This document shows positions 26,636 through 39,905 of a DNA stretch of 64,000 nt, in pieces. The stretch lies in the NCBI RefSeq assembly GCF_009914755.1, contig NC_060927.1; one strand, written 5' to 3'. Made by a program: the position numbers and the translations under genes. Each line of letters opens with the position of its first letter. Within the stretch, counting starts at the first letter, position 1. Below the pieces are notes generated by a model. That model worked only from the letters and a program-made list of their open reading frames with translations, did no database searches and had not been told where the DNA came from. Source of the DNA: the human T2T-CHM13v2.0 reference genome, Homo sapiens.

Positions 26636-27927
26636 ACCAAATTAGAAAACAGGGTTAGTAGTTTATATTATTGCTATAAACTTTTATTTATATCCTCCCT
26701 TCCAGTATTTTCTGCTGCTTTCTCCAACATTGTTTTCATTTTAACAGTCCTCAATCACAAAGGTGTATATACTGGGCCTTCAAAAATCATACCTAAATCA
26801 GTATGTGTTTCTCTAATTTTTTACACACATTTACAAAAAAAAAAGTGTTACTTTTTTTAGCAAAGATTAAGTGCATAAAATTATTTTAGAGGATTGAAAC
26901 ATTTAATCCTCATCTCAAAATACAACACCGAATATATGAGATCTAGAGTTTCAGAATTGTAAACTTTAAACTTAACTTCCAGATTTTAAACTGTACTTCC
27001 TGTTCATAGATAATCATTGCATAACTACCCAGGGTCTTAAATTGTAATACAAGTTATCATCCATTAATAAATAAATATTAGTCACAAAAAGGCATTCCAG
27101 TTGGGACAACATTGCTGTTATTTTATTTTCAGACATATTGTAATGCAGTCTGGGAAATGCAACACCTACAGACCCAATACATTAGTTACACTCAAAATTT
27201 ATTGGCAAAGAGAAAGTGAGTAGATATTCAACATGTACCATAAATATCCAATCACTAATGTAAACATCCCTGGCAAACAATTATTTCAACAGTGTCCACT
27301 AAATCTTGCTGGCCTAGCAGAGAGTGCTGCAAAATGAACACCGAACCTGTTCCAAAAACCTCCAAAAACCTAACATTCTGAATAAACCTGCCAAGATTTC
27401 TGAGATGCATTTTATACAGCACCCTCACAGTCATAATGGAAGATGCCATGTCTAGCTCTGCAGAGAACAATGAAGGAAGTCACAGTTGTTTGGTGACTCA
27501 GGCAACACTATGCTTGTGTCAGTTTTGACTGCTCTGTGACTTTAGGCTAACCACTAATCTCACTGGTTCTCAAGAAACACAGAATATAACACAAGGTATA
27601 TTTTTAATTAGTCATAAGATTTTTGTCTACAATCTAGTAAAATCAGTCCTTAACTATCCATGTTTTTACTTATTCCAATTAGTAAAAAAAGCAAGTGCTT
27701 TATTGTAATTATGTAGACCTATATTTTTAATCAAAAGAACACAAAGAAATTAATAGGCATATGTTCAGCCTTTGAATATTTACATTTATAGGCACATATA
27801 CTTAAAAAGTCAGTTCTATTTAGGGAATAATTTAACCATTTAAAGAAAAGATGATGATTAAGAGAATGGGGAAGTAAAATAATATTAATGCCAATGAAAT
27901 AACAATGTAAAAATTACTATTCTATAC

Positions 27928-28150
27928 TAGGAATCAGCAAACTTTTCCTGTAAAGGGCCAGATAATAAATATGTTAGACTTTGTGTGTCACACAGTCTGT
28001 GCTGCAGCTACTTAACTCTGCCCCTGTAGTGTGACAACAGCCATAGACAATACATAAATGCATGAATGTGGCTGTATTACAATAAAACTTTATTTACAAA
28101 AATAAGCATTGGATTAGATTTGACCCTTTGGCTGTAGTTTGGCAACTCCT
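27928..28150 (+). mobile_element. MER58A (hAT-Charlie), full length
   Basis: gaatcagcaaacttttcctgtaaagggccagataataaata...gctgtagtttggcaactcct; degenerate 8-bp TSD ttctatac / atctataa. Confidence 0.9.
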
Positions 28151-28939
28151 ATCTATAACATTCAATAGTTTAGAAATTTGTGATTGCATAGAACACTGTA
28201 CTCATTTTTAAAAGAGATAATGCAGTATTAAACAATTCTTGTACTACTTATCAGGTATTTAAACAAAATTAACTTTCCTCTCAGCCAATATTTTTCTTAC
28301 TGGCTGAGACATAGGAAGAAAAGGCTTCAGTTATATTTGCTTTCTATCACACTGCATTTATCATACTAGTATTTTCTCTATTTGTAAAAGCAAGTTTAAA
28401 GTCAATATCAGTACCTACAAAGCATTATGGTAAAATTGGCCAGAGATAAGAACAATTTACATAATGGACTGCAGGAGCCACATCATTCATGTAATGAAAT
28501 GTATTGATTATTAAGAAAACTCAACAAGCTGTACTGATCAGATTTCTCATGCCAGTGTAGGTTTGTTTCACCACAAAGAAGCAATCGTTTCTCCTATTAC
28601 CTTTGTGAAATTTCAAGTATATTTTGTTCTGTATTCAGAGAGGTAATACACTCTTGAATGAACGGCTGCTGATTATTTTAGGAGCTTTTGAGCTAAAAAT
28701 CAAGGTAGATGAATATTTCAGCTCAATCAAAACACAAAACAAAATTATCTCTTCATTGTGAATTCTCTACAACACCTCTCTCTTTCAAAAACTGAAAATC
28801 CTCAGTGAAACTGAACAATAAGGAAACATAATAAACCAGATGCTTTCTGTCATTTTCCTGTTTTATGACTCACATATCCTAAGAGTATAGTTTATGTCTA
28901 TATATTAAATAAATTTTGTTGCCAGCAGCCAGGTCCATA

Positions 28940-29012
28940 TTTGCTCTGAACTGACAGAGAGCTGGGTTCCAGTTCTTACTTTCTAACAGCCAGCTGTGTG
29001 TCCTTGAGTAGT
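28940..29012 (+). mobile_element. MIR 5' fragment
   Basis: gagctgggttccagttcttactttct...cagctgtgtgtccttgagtagtc. Confidence 0.6.
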
Positions 29013-29822
29013 CTGGTATGGAACAAAAAATATTCCGGAAAATTAGAAGCTGGGTAAATACAATAACTGTATGGGCTCCTATAAACACAGCTTCATGAAA
29101 CAGAAGAAATATCAGTATTCGTCAATGAACATCCAGGTGATCTGATGTTTTCTACCCAGTGACCCATGACCAGAAAACATGATGTGCCTTGTCAGACTCT
29201 GAGGAATATAGGATGCTTCTTTGGAGAAGGAATGCCCCAACCTACTCTTGAGAAGCAAAATGTTGGTCAGGTCAAGAGAGATTCCTAAAGCCCCTGTATA
29301 AGGGGCTACAAAGATCCCAGGTGATCTCTTTTGAATCTGAGATTCCAGAAAAATTCCCTGGCCTTGGAGTGCCTAAAATTTCTCTAGGCATTGCTACAGG
29401 AAAAATAATTGCTGATGAGATGAGGACTGGGCTCTAAGGATTTTCCAGCAGTGGACAGCAGAGGCAGGGGCAGAGAAAAACCCATAACAGTGAGAGACCA
29501 AAGGCACGGGAGGCAATGAATATTACAGTCCAGAAGACAAAGCTCTAAAATGCTCCCACATGGAAAATCTCAGAAATTGCCACTATTCTTGAGCAAAACA
29601 CTTTATGGAACACTGAGGCACTGAGGACCACAGTGTCATGTCCAGTTCCATAGCAGATTCATGATGATTATTGATTTTGTCTTTAACTTTAGATTATAGG
29701 CAGTATGCTTATTTCTAACATACATGCATATATAAGAATACATACATGCAAACTGGGCATATAGATATGGAGAAATTAAACAATCTGCTACATGTCTATT
29801 TAATCCACAGTCCCAGGAACAA

Positions 29823-29924
29823 TTTCTTCTTTAGAACCCTTTCTTCTTTAGAGGTGCAATGGTGAGAGACAGGTAAGAGCAATGTAAAGGGCAATGTAAA
29901 GAGACAGGTATGAGCAATGTAAAG
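29823..29924 (+). repeat. Cluster of short local tandem duplications
   Basis: tttcttctttaga twice; agagacaggta(a/t)gagcaatgtaaag twice; gcaatgtaaag three times. Confidence 0.85.
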
Positions 29925-32685
29925 AAGAGGTTCACTGCTTGAGCAATGGAAGTAAGCCTTCTAGAGAGCACCTAGTCCAGAAAATATTCACGTTCCCTGC
30001 TAAAACCATGGCAAACTATGAAATTCTTTCCCATGCAGTCTTGTTGACAGCTCTTAGAAGTGTATTACTGAAGTTGCTACACAGCCACAACCATAATTCC
30101 TGCTTCACCCAAATTCCTCCAGTATCAAAAAAAGGGGGCTTCAAATTGAATGGTGTGATGAAAACATCAAATTATTTAAAGATTAAGTCAAGCATTTGGG
30201 GGGTAAGAAGAAAAAAATCACAGCAATTGGCAGAGAGTGAGTAAAAATCAAGAAGTGTTTGGTCTGTTCTAGAACACATAACAGTTACAATGCAGGTCAG
30301 GCAAGACAGGACAATGTAGCATCCAGATTGGACAAAAAGAGAAAGACCTGATACTGTCTTGGTTATGTGTGGCTAATAACTTTTCCTTCACCTGAGGCAG
30401 TAGGGATATTGAATTAAAAGTAGATTAATGTTATGTTCCAACACACAGATCCATTCAACAAACTCATAGTTATGAGAAAAACCTGTACTAAGATGCTACT
30501 TTCTTTCTCACACATTGATTCCTAATATTGTTCTTGCAACATAGTGTCCCATGATAAGACTGTAAACCAGTTGTTCCTCGGAGATGTAGTATATGCAAAG
30601 AAAAATTTAAAAAGCTCATCAATTATGTGCTAAGTGCTTACAGTACTAATGCTGGGATTTTTTTTTATAATTATTGAGCAACTTCTTTTATCAGCCATTA
30701 GGTACTAACAGTATAGCCTTTATACAGACAGGCCTGGGTATGCCACTATTAGGAGCTCTGTTTATTCAGGAGAGAAACTGAGCAATTTTTAGTTACTTAG
30801 CAAGGGCAGCACAGCTTATATAAAGAGCAAGTTACTTATAATTTACATTCAGAGTGTAGGTTCTGTTGGGGTCAATTGGTTTCCTCCAGGCACAGTTGCC
30901 TACAGAAACCTCTGTGAAGTATACCCCACCTAAATATTAAATTAAAGATTTTGATATACAGTAATCAAAACTAACAACTTGACCTTACTCTTGAACCCAT
31001 TACAGAATTTAGTGTTACCAAGTCTTATTTATGATCAAGTACACTACATTCTAAATTACACTAAAAGGATGGAAATTAGTCTTCCTATATAAGTGGATAG
31101 AAAACATGTCCTTTAGACCAAGGTTCTTCAAATAACACCTATATTAGTAGGCCTTAGCAGGACCTAAATGGCAATTGGTACACGTTTAAACCCTCTGGTG
31201 ATGCACAGATACCTTTTGTTTCTGAATGAAGGTAAAAATCCAGAAGTCTTGAACACCTATTACATAAGGAGCAAGGAGGAAGTTCTACATTAACAGATGA
31301 AAATCTTGGCTTGTATATTCACCCAGAAGGGAAGCCATCTTAGCACTTCAAAAAGATAAGCTATAAAGGAGCCTCCAGGCAGGCCAACATTTTCCTCAAA
31401 TTGGATTTCTCTAATCCCTGAACTGTGACCAGCAAAGACTTCAGTCTGGAAAATTGATTTTTCAACTACACTTCCTGAGGACTCACCAGAGCCACAAAGT
31501 AGAAGAAACAATAATTCTTCTTTGCCCAGTGTATTGATGAAATGAAATCACATGGTATTTTTATACCCACTAGTATAACTGAGAAATAGTCTTGGAATTG
31601 GTTACCTCTTGATAGTTAAAATATTACATTCACTAAGGGAGGGAGGTTGTTTATGTACCATGTGGGGTGATACCACACACATGTATTTTGTTCATTTTGA
31701 TTTCTCTTAGTTTTGTTCAATAAAAGCTGAACTGCCAGGCCAGAGTTTCTTCAAAAGCTTTAAGGAAAGTCGGAGAGGGAAAATAAACTATGGTTTCATC
31801 TCAATGTTGTAGTATACAACACAAAGACAAAACATGGGTCCAGCCCCCAAGGAATAGTAATTCAGAGATGGTTGCATCCTGCAACAATGTCTTAAATAAT
31901 AAAAATAAAGAATTGTTTTAGTCAAAGTCTGCTGTGTTTCCATTTTAATAGTCTTGCATCTGTATTACTGCATGCCACCATGTGTGGCAGGTAGATGAGA
32001 AATACTTCTCAGTTCCTCATAAAGCACAATGGTGTTGAAGTGCTGAGGGTTCCCTTGCATGCATATCCAACCACTCAGCAGGAAAGTGATCTCTTAAGCA
32101 TCTTAAAAAGAATAACATCTCCACCAAGGAACACTGATTCTGAGTCATCTTCCTTTAGCACTTCAACAAGCAAAAGAAGAAGAGTTTTATCTTTCCTTAT
32201 ACTCTCCAGTCTCCTTTGGAGTCTTTTCTCATCCTTCCTGGCTTTTTTACCCATAAATAATTCAACAGGTAAATTCCTTTAATGACACGGTCACATGCCA
32301 TCTGGAATCATTAATTAAGATATATTTACATTAAAAACTTTATCTTACCTATCCTTTAGTAACAGAATTTTTATGTTATTTTTAACTTTTAGCATTAGAT
32401 TTTCTTTCTTGTGAAAAAATTAATAACTCAGCAGCTCAGTAATTTTAACACTATTATTAGTTTTCAACAGATGGTGAATTTTACAAGATTATTTTCTTTA
32501 TTAGTTTTCATATTGGGCTAGATTTGGACAGCACTGAATACTAGGTAATTACTTAGGTTTTATCTCTATAAGAAGTTTGCAGGTTTCTTAGAGACAGGGT
32601 TTATTATTAATGGACTTATTTTTAAAGTGCTATAGTACACGGCAGTAACTAGTTTGTCTTCCATAATGATATTTATTGTTTCTTA

Positions 32686-32983
<298 letters not shown>

Positions 32984-33198
32984 GATATTTATTGTTTTTC
33001 TGTATCTCAAATCTGTCTATGTTAGTCTCTGACACTTATAAATCATTTCAATACTCTTTGTTATCTACCTTTTAGCATCCATTGAATCCTTCTTTAATCT
33101 CTAGTTATTGTAGTAGGTTTTAAAACTGTTACATGAGAGGTGAGGAGGTCTGAATTTTAGGCAGGAATGGCACTGACTTTTTAAAGAAACTTGATTTA

Positions 33199-33561
<363 letters not shown>

Positions 33562-33652
33562 TTTAATGTGCTAGGTTGTATATATGTAAAGTTACTTCCA
33601 GTGCTAAAATCCTAAGTTTTATAATTAAATTTCATAAGGTTAGATCAATATT

Positions 33653-34057
33653 CAGTTGACAATTGAACAACACAGTTTTGAATTGCACAGATGCAGTTAT
33701 ACATGGATTTTCTTCCACCTCTGTCACCCCTAAGACAGCAAGACCAACCCTGCCTCTTCCTTCTCTTCTTCAGTCTACTCAGTGTGAGGACAACGAAGAT
33801 GAAGGTCTTTATGATAAACCATTTTCACTTAATAATAGTAAATATATTTTCTCTTATAATTTTCTCAATAACATTTTCTTTTCTCTAGCTTACTTTACTG
33901 TAAGAATACAGTATATAACACATATAAAAATACGTGTTAGTCAACTGTTTATGTTACTGGTAAGGCTTTCAGTCAACAGTATGTCTTAGAGGGTAAGTTT
34001 TTGGGAAATCGTAAGTTATATGTGGATTTTCAACCTGGTTTATTCAAGGGTCAATTG
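33653..34057 (+). mobile_element. Tigger2a (MER28), non-autonomous TcMar-Tigger
   Basis: TIRs cagttgacaattgaacaa / ttattcaagggtcaattg followed by TA; internal cctaagacagcaagaccaaccc and tctagcttactttactgtaagaatacagtatata. Confidence 0.9.
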
Positions 34058-34244
34058 TATATGCCTATCTTGCCCAGTTAGTTCAGAATATTCAAAATTA
34101 AAATTACATGAAAGGTCAAAATAGCATTTAAGCTTCCAAACAATAATAGCATGTAAGCACATATACTTTCTTAGAAAACTCTGCAAGTACATGTGCTTTT
34201 CTTTAGATGATAAAATCTTGCTTTTATAAGAATAATGTTCTTCT

Positions 34245-34480
34245 GCAAAATAGATGTTCCAAAGGTAGAACTGGAATCGATGGTTATAGTTTGCAAAGAG
34301 ATAGATTCAACTTCAATCTATCAAGACCTTTCTAACAGTCAGAGTTTTCCAATAAATGGATTGACTACCCATGGGGTATTAAATTAGCCTCTCCAGGGAA
34401 TTCAGGTAGAAACCAACTAACCACTTGGCATTAATGAGAAATTGGACTAAGGATCTTTAACGTTCTTTCAAATTCTGTAG
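34245..34480 (+). mobile_element. L3/CR1 LINE 3' end
   Basis: acctttctaacagtcagagttttccaataaatgga...aaccacttggca...ttggactaaggatctttaacgttctttcaaattct. Confidence 0.75.
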
Positions 34481-35479
34481 TGAGGGGATTTAAGACCCAG
34501 TCAGGATTTCTGAAGTTATTATTTTTTTTTAAATGTCTCTTTCTAACAATCAGATGTTTTAGCAGATAGAAAAGGCTTTTTAAAAAATCAATTTTTCATA
34601 CTGCTCAGCCATTTAGGATAAAGACACTTTTAAAGATCAAAGACTTACAGAGGGTTTGTTATGTACTTTTTTTTTTTTTTCCTAAAAAGGGATAAGTATC
34701 TGCCAGAGCCCGTATAATAAGCTGGATTTATAATATTTTGCCCTACAGGGGAAAAAAAAGTTTGTTGTAGTAGGAGGAAACTACAGCCCACTGTCTGGTA
34801 GATTAGATGGACAGTCCTATGAATCTTAATAGGCATTGTCATCCATATACAAAGTCATTCCCAGACAAATGCATTAAAGACATGGAGAACACATGACTTT
34901 AGCACATATGTTGTTATTATCCAGAGAAACAGTTGTAGTCCATTTCGATCCAAATAGACAAGGGATAAGGAATGCAGGCCATCATGACAGTGGCTCCTTT
35001 CCGTCTCTTCCCAATTCTACATCATTTAGAGATGTATTTTTAGAGCACATGGAACAATTGGTTTATGTTCCATAAATAATGATGCTATATTTACATCTCT
35101 TCAGACCCAGTCTGAAATCATGTCTACCTGTGTCTCTGGCCTGTAGAGACTTAAACATAGCTTGGCTCAAATAAGATCTCAACTCCTTTATCACCATAGC
35201 AGAAATAATTAATAAGAAACTTTATTCCCTGTACTTAGAAAAGCACCTGAAAAATAGCTTCAGAGCTTAGAACCAAAGACAAAAGGTTGTGATCCTGGGA
35301 TTAAACTGCTTCTCAGAGATCAGATGCCTCCAAGAAGTATGGTAGGTTTCTCTGACTACAGAAGACCAGGAGATGGAAAGGCTAACCCTGAAATGAGGAA
35401 AGAGCAGTAAAAGCAGAGATCAGGGAATAACTATCTGCAACTTAACAGGGCCTGAAAACCTACACAATTATGCACCAGT

Positions 35480-37450
35480 AATTCAGACACTCAAGTAAGG
35501 TTCTTGCTGTTTACAATACTGTATATGACAAACCTCAGCCCAGCAAGTCCAAGAAAAAATGTCAACTAAGCTAAAGGGGCTGAAAAGCTAGAGTTGATCC
35601 AGAAAAATAATCAGAATACATATCCTGTGATATAGAACTGCTAGAGGAGATAACTTAGGATCTGAATGAAAATATATTCACTTGAGAATTTTTCAAGTGA
35701 AACGTGAAGACCTCCTGGAGCTAAAAGTTACAATTTCCAAATTTAAAAAATTCAACAGATGAGTTGAAGGATAAAGCACTATTGAGGCCCAAATTAGTGA
35801 TTTGGAAGGTTAAGTGTGAGAACTCTCACATTGTCTTAAAATACAGAGCAAATTAAGGAGATGAAAATCACCAGGTAAAAATAAAATAAGACAATTAAAA
35901 AGTAAATGCAGAAGAACTAACATAAGAATATTTTGTTAGCTCCAGAGGAAAAACAGGAGCAGATGGAAGAAAAGAAAATAAACTAATATTAGAAGGAAAA
36001 TTTCCCAAGGAAAGGAAGAGACCTGAGTCTAAAAATTCAAGGGACTCACTAAGGGCTGGATTGATGAGAAAAGACGTGCAACTAAGCATGCCTTGGTAAC
36101 TTCATGAACTTGGAAGATACATTTTTTAAAAATTTCACAGACTTTCCAGCTGAAAGAATCACTTAGCTAATAAAGGGAAATTAAAGCCAAACTGAGGATG
36201 ACTAGAAAATAGAGGAGTAGAAGCAATCTGGCTTCACTCTCCTCCACAGAAAACCACCACCAACTACCCAGTGCCAAAATTATCACCAGCAATATTCCAG
36301 GACTCAAAACTGAGTCTGTGATAATCCCAGGGGCCACAGAGAAGTGAAAAACTATGAGCAGAAAGTAAGATAAATGGAACTGTCTAGCCATAACACCTCT
36401 CGCCTCTCGCCCAAACTTCCAGGCACTTCATGGAAAAGTCCTCCTGGACTCACTGGAAAAAGTGAGCTTGAGGCAGACATCCAGCTTCCCCATGACCTTG
36501 AGTTCCTTCACAGGAAAACTGTTCCTGCTTCAATCTATGGAAAGCATCAAGAGTGCCTGTAGGGTGAATAATTCTGAGGGCAGCTGGAAATAAAGAGTGG
36601 AGGTGGGGCTAGTAACCCCCGGCATGAGAAACTCAGTGGCTGCTCTTCATGTCAGCCAAAGGAGATGCCAAATCAGAGATGCTGTTCAGCAGCACCACGC
36701 TGTAAGAGGCATGCTCCATAGGTCCTCTGGACACAAACCCCTAGCCAGTCTTCTCACACAGCCAGAGTACCCCATCGGGGATGGGCAGTGCTCCAAACTT
36801 TTGTGAGGGCCACAGTAAACCTGGACTTAGTGTCCTATCAAGTGCCTAAAAGGAGGCAGCAGTCTTGAACTAAAGGAACCCAATAGTCAATCTGCATAAA
36901 ACCTTTAGACAGGTATACTTGTAAAAGACCAAGCCAAGCCAGACAACAAAGACTGGAATAACTAACACTTCCATGTGAAGACATGACATATGTTTATTAA
37001 AAAAAAGAGAGAGAGAGAGAGAGAAAACAGGGAACCATGACATTCACAAATGGAAAAAACAATGACCCAGTAACCAAACCTAAAGAGATAGTAATGTGAG
37101 ATTTTTCAGATCAAGAATTCAAAATAGTAATTTTGAGGAAACTCCAGAAGCAATAAAATGGCAGTAGTAAGTCTTTACCTATCAATGTAAATGTAATAAA
37201 TTATCCAATCAAATTCATACTAGTACCAGACATCTCACCTTCAATCCAGAGTGAATAATAGCCAGTGGAATAGCATTCACAGAACCACTGAAAAAAAAAT
37301 GATTATAGTCCAAGAATCCTACATGCAAATGATAAATTAATTACAGGTTGAGGTGAAAGAAAAATATTTTAGGAAGTACAAGACATCAGAGAATATATCA
37401 CCTACGTACTACCTCTGAGGAAAACACTTTAGAAAATTTCCTAATCAAGA
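35480..37450 (+). mobile_element. HAL1/L1ME ORF1-like fragment interrupted at ~36195-37213
   Basis: aaaaattcaacagatgagttgaa, gaaggaaaatttccca, ccttggtaacttcatgaac; resumes with ccagacatctca...gccagtggaatagcattc...ccaagaatcctacatgca. Confidence 0.65.
36195..37213 (+). mobile_element. L1M2/M3-type 5' UTR and ORF1 start fused to the ORF2 start
   Basis: gaattcaaaatagtaattttgaggaaactc (ORF1 start) runs into aaaatggcagtagtaagtctttacctatcaat (ORF2 start). Confidence 0.7.
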
Positions 37451-37680
37451 AAAAAAAATCAATAAATGTTAGTTATTCCTAGTATTGTTACTAAATGATC
37501 TTACCAAAAATAAAGAAATTAGGTAAAAGAAAGAGTAGTAAATGTAATCCAAGTGTAACAATAAATAGGATTTTAAAAAATACTTTCAAATTAATACAGC
37601 GGAGGGCTAGCAGACGGAACAGAAACTTGACCAAAGCAGAAACAATAAAGAAAAATAAAATATAGAAATAAAAACAGAAT

Positions 37681-38057
37681 TTTTGAGATCGATACATAGA
37701 TATCACCATGGAATACTCTTCAGCCATAAAAAGGAATGAAATAATGGCATTTATAGCAACGTGAATGGAACTGGAGATCATTATTCTAAGTGAAGTAACT
37801 CAAGAATGGAAATCCGAACATCGTATGTTCTCACTCATAAGTGGGAGCTAAACTATGAGGAAGCAAAGACATAATAATGATACAATGGATTTTAGGGACT
37901 TGGGGGAAAGGGAGGGATAAAAGACTACAAATTGGGTACAGTGTATACTGCTCAGATGATGGGTTCACCAAAATCTCACAAATCACCACTAAAGAATTTA
38001 CATGACTAAACACCACCTATTCCCCAGAAACCTATGGAAATTTAAAAAAAAAAAGAA
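37681..38057 (+). mobile_element. L1MA2-like 3' end, 5'-truncated
   Basis: gggataaaagactacaaattgggtacagtgtatactgctc...ccaaaatctcacaaatcaccactaaagaa; TSD agaaataaaaacagaat / agaaatttaaacagaat. Confidence 0.9.
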
Positions 38058-38079
38058 AGAAATTTAAACAGAATCTAAG

Positions 38080-39060
38080 TAATGAAGAGAAAGTGAGACA
38101 AAATAAATTTTAAAAGAGTAGTAGTAGTCAAGGAGTCGGGGGGAAGACCAGCTATAGGCTGTTTCAAAATAAGTAATTTTTTAAAAGCTTAATGAAGTAT
38201 AAGCAAAGAGGTATCATGTAAAGAAAACCAAACAGAAAGTGGGATGAACTGGGGAGGGGTATACAGTATCAACCAGAATGGGATATAACATTAAATATAC
38301 TAGTCAGATAAAATGGATATTATATAATTATGAATCAGTTAGTACAAGATAGTGAAAAAAGTGGCTGTGTAGTTGTCATAAACATGTATATAACAACCAA
38401 TATAGCTGGTAGCTCACAAAATCAAACCTTTTTAAGGTGCCAGGATAGCAAAGAATAAAAAGTTAATTACCGTGAGAGTCTTCAATATGTTTCTGTCAGA
38501 AATGGACAGATGTAGTAGGTTTGAGTCAGATAAAAATTGAATAATAGAATTCATTAAATGTGAGCTAACATATATTAAGAACTATACATGCCTCAAAATA
38601 AACAAGAGGATTTCAGTAAATGTGTGTCCCTGTAATATTTATAAAAATTAGTCATCTTGGTCACAAAGACAATCCTAGTGATTTTTTTTAAGTAAAGATT
38701 TTACAGCCACATTCTCAGCATAATACAATTAAAAATTAATAGACCTAGAAAAAATTGTAATACAACAAATAGACAAAAGGCTCATATCAATGATATATGA
38801 GCCATTATAAATTGACATAGAGAAGAAAATATCCCAACAGAAAAAAATGGCAAAGCATATGAATGAGCATGCACAGAGAAGATATTCAAGGTCTTAAAAC
38901 AAGGCAAACATGCTCACATTTACTGATTAGCAAAATAACTGAATAAAATACTATGTATCTACGCCCTGGAAAAATGTACAGACATTCAAAGCAAAGAATT
39001 AGAGACTACTTATTTGAGTTGGAGGGATTTCCATTGCATATTATTTTTAAAAAGCAAGAT
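38080..39060 (+). mobile_element. Highly diverged L1ME ORF2 fragments
   Basis: gtcttcaatatgtttctgtcagaaatggacaga, acagccacattctcagcataatacaattaaaa, aaaatggcaaagcatatgaatgagca. Confidence 0.65.
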
Positions 39061-39239
39061 AGTCAAATCTACAGAGACTTGGGGGAAAGGGTGGGAAGGG
39101 GGGGTGAGGGATAAAAGTCTATAAATTGGGTGCAGTGAAAGTACCCAATACAAGTAGACTAATGGTCATCAAGGGCTGGGGATGAGAACAGGGATTAACT
39201 ATTGATCCCAGCAGAGATCATATTGGGGTAATGAAAAAC

Positions 39240-39612
39240 AACTGATTTCGTGGAGACAGAGAGTAGAATATTGGCTACTAGAGGCTGGGAAGGGGAAGGG
39301 GATCAAGGTGGAGGGGAAAAAGTGAGGATGGTTAATAGGTACAAAAGTATAATTAGATAGAATGAATAAGGTCTAGTATTTGATAGCGCATCAGGGTGAC
39401 TACGGTCAACAGTAATTTATTGTATATTTTAAAATATTGAAAGAGTGGACTGGAATGTTTCTAACACAAAGAAATGATAAATTCTTGAGGTGATGGATAC
39501 CCAGTTACCCTGATATAATTATTATACGTTGTGCTCTGTATCAAAACATCACATGTGCCCCATAAATATATATAACAATTATGTACCCATAATAATGAAA
39601 AAATGAAAAATT
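39240..39612 (+). mobile_element. L1MA4/5-like 3' UTR with A-rich tail
   Basis: tagatagaatgaataaggtctagtatttgatagc...cagggtgactacggtcaac...gaggtgatggatacccagttaccctgat...tatgtacccataataatgaaaaaa. Confidence 0.9.
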
Positions 39613-39619
39613 TTTAAAT

Positions 39620-39905
39620 CATGTTTGGGAAGTGATTAAGTCATGAGGGCTCCACCCTTGTGAATGGGATTAATGATTTTATAAAAGGGGTTTCCAAGAG
39701 CTGCCTGGCCCTTCCATCTCTCTGCATGTGAGGATACAGCATTAGTCTCTTTTTGCCCTTCTGCCATGTAAGGCTGTAGTGAGAAGAGGACATCTTGGAA
39801 GAAGAGAGCAGCCTTCACCATACACTAACCCAGAGTCTGCTGGCATCCTGATGTTAGGCTTACCAGTCTCCAGAAGTGTGGAGAAATACATTTCTGTTTT
39901 TTATT
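39620..39905 (+). mobile_element. MST (MSTC/D-like) MaLR LTR fragment lacking both termini, followed by an A-rich tail
   Basis: gggaagtgattaagtcatgagggctccacccttgtgaatgggattaatg...ccagtctccagaagtgtggagaaatacatttctgtttt. Confidence 0.85.

Noticed and set aside
29015-29700. Possible ancient Gypsy-like LTR with a small hairpin around tataa (agcccct-gtata-aggggct)
   Set aside because: I could not match termini or consensus with any confidence, and a 7-bp stem is expected by chance in 64 kb.
29823-29924. Repeat-spacer pattern as a CRISPR-like array
   Set aside because: Only 2-3 irregular overlapping copies, primate DNA, no cas genes; explained by slippage.
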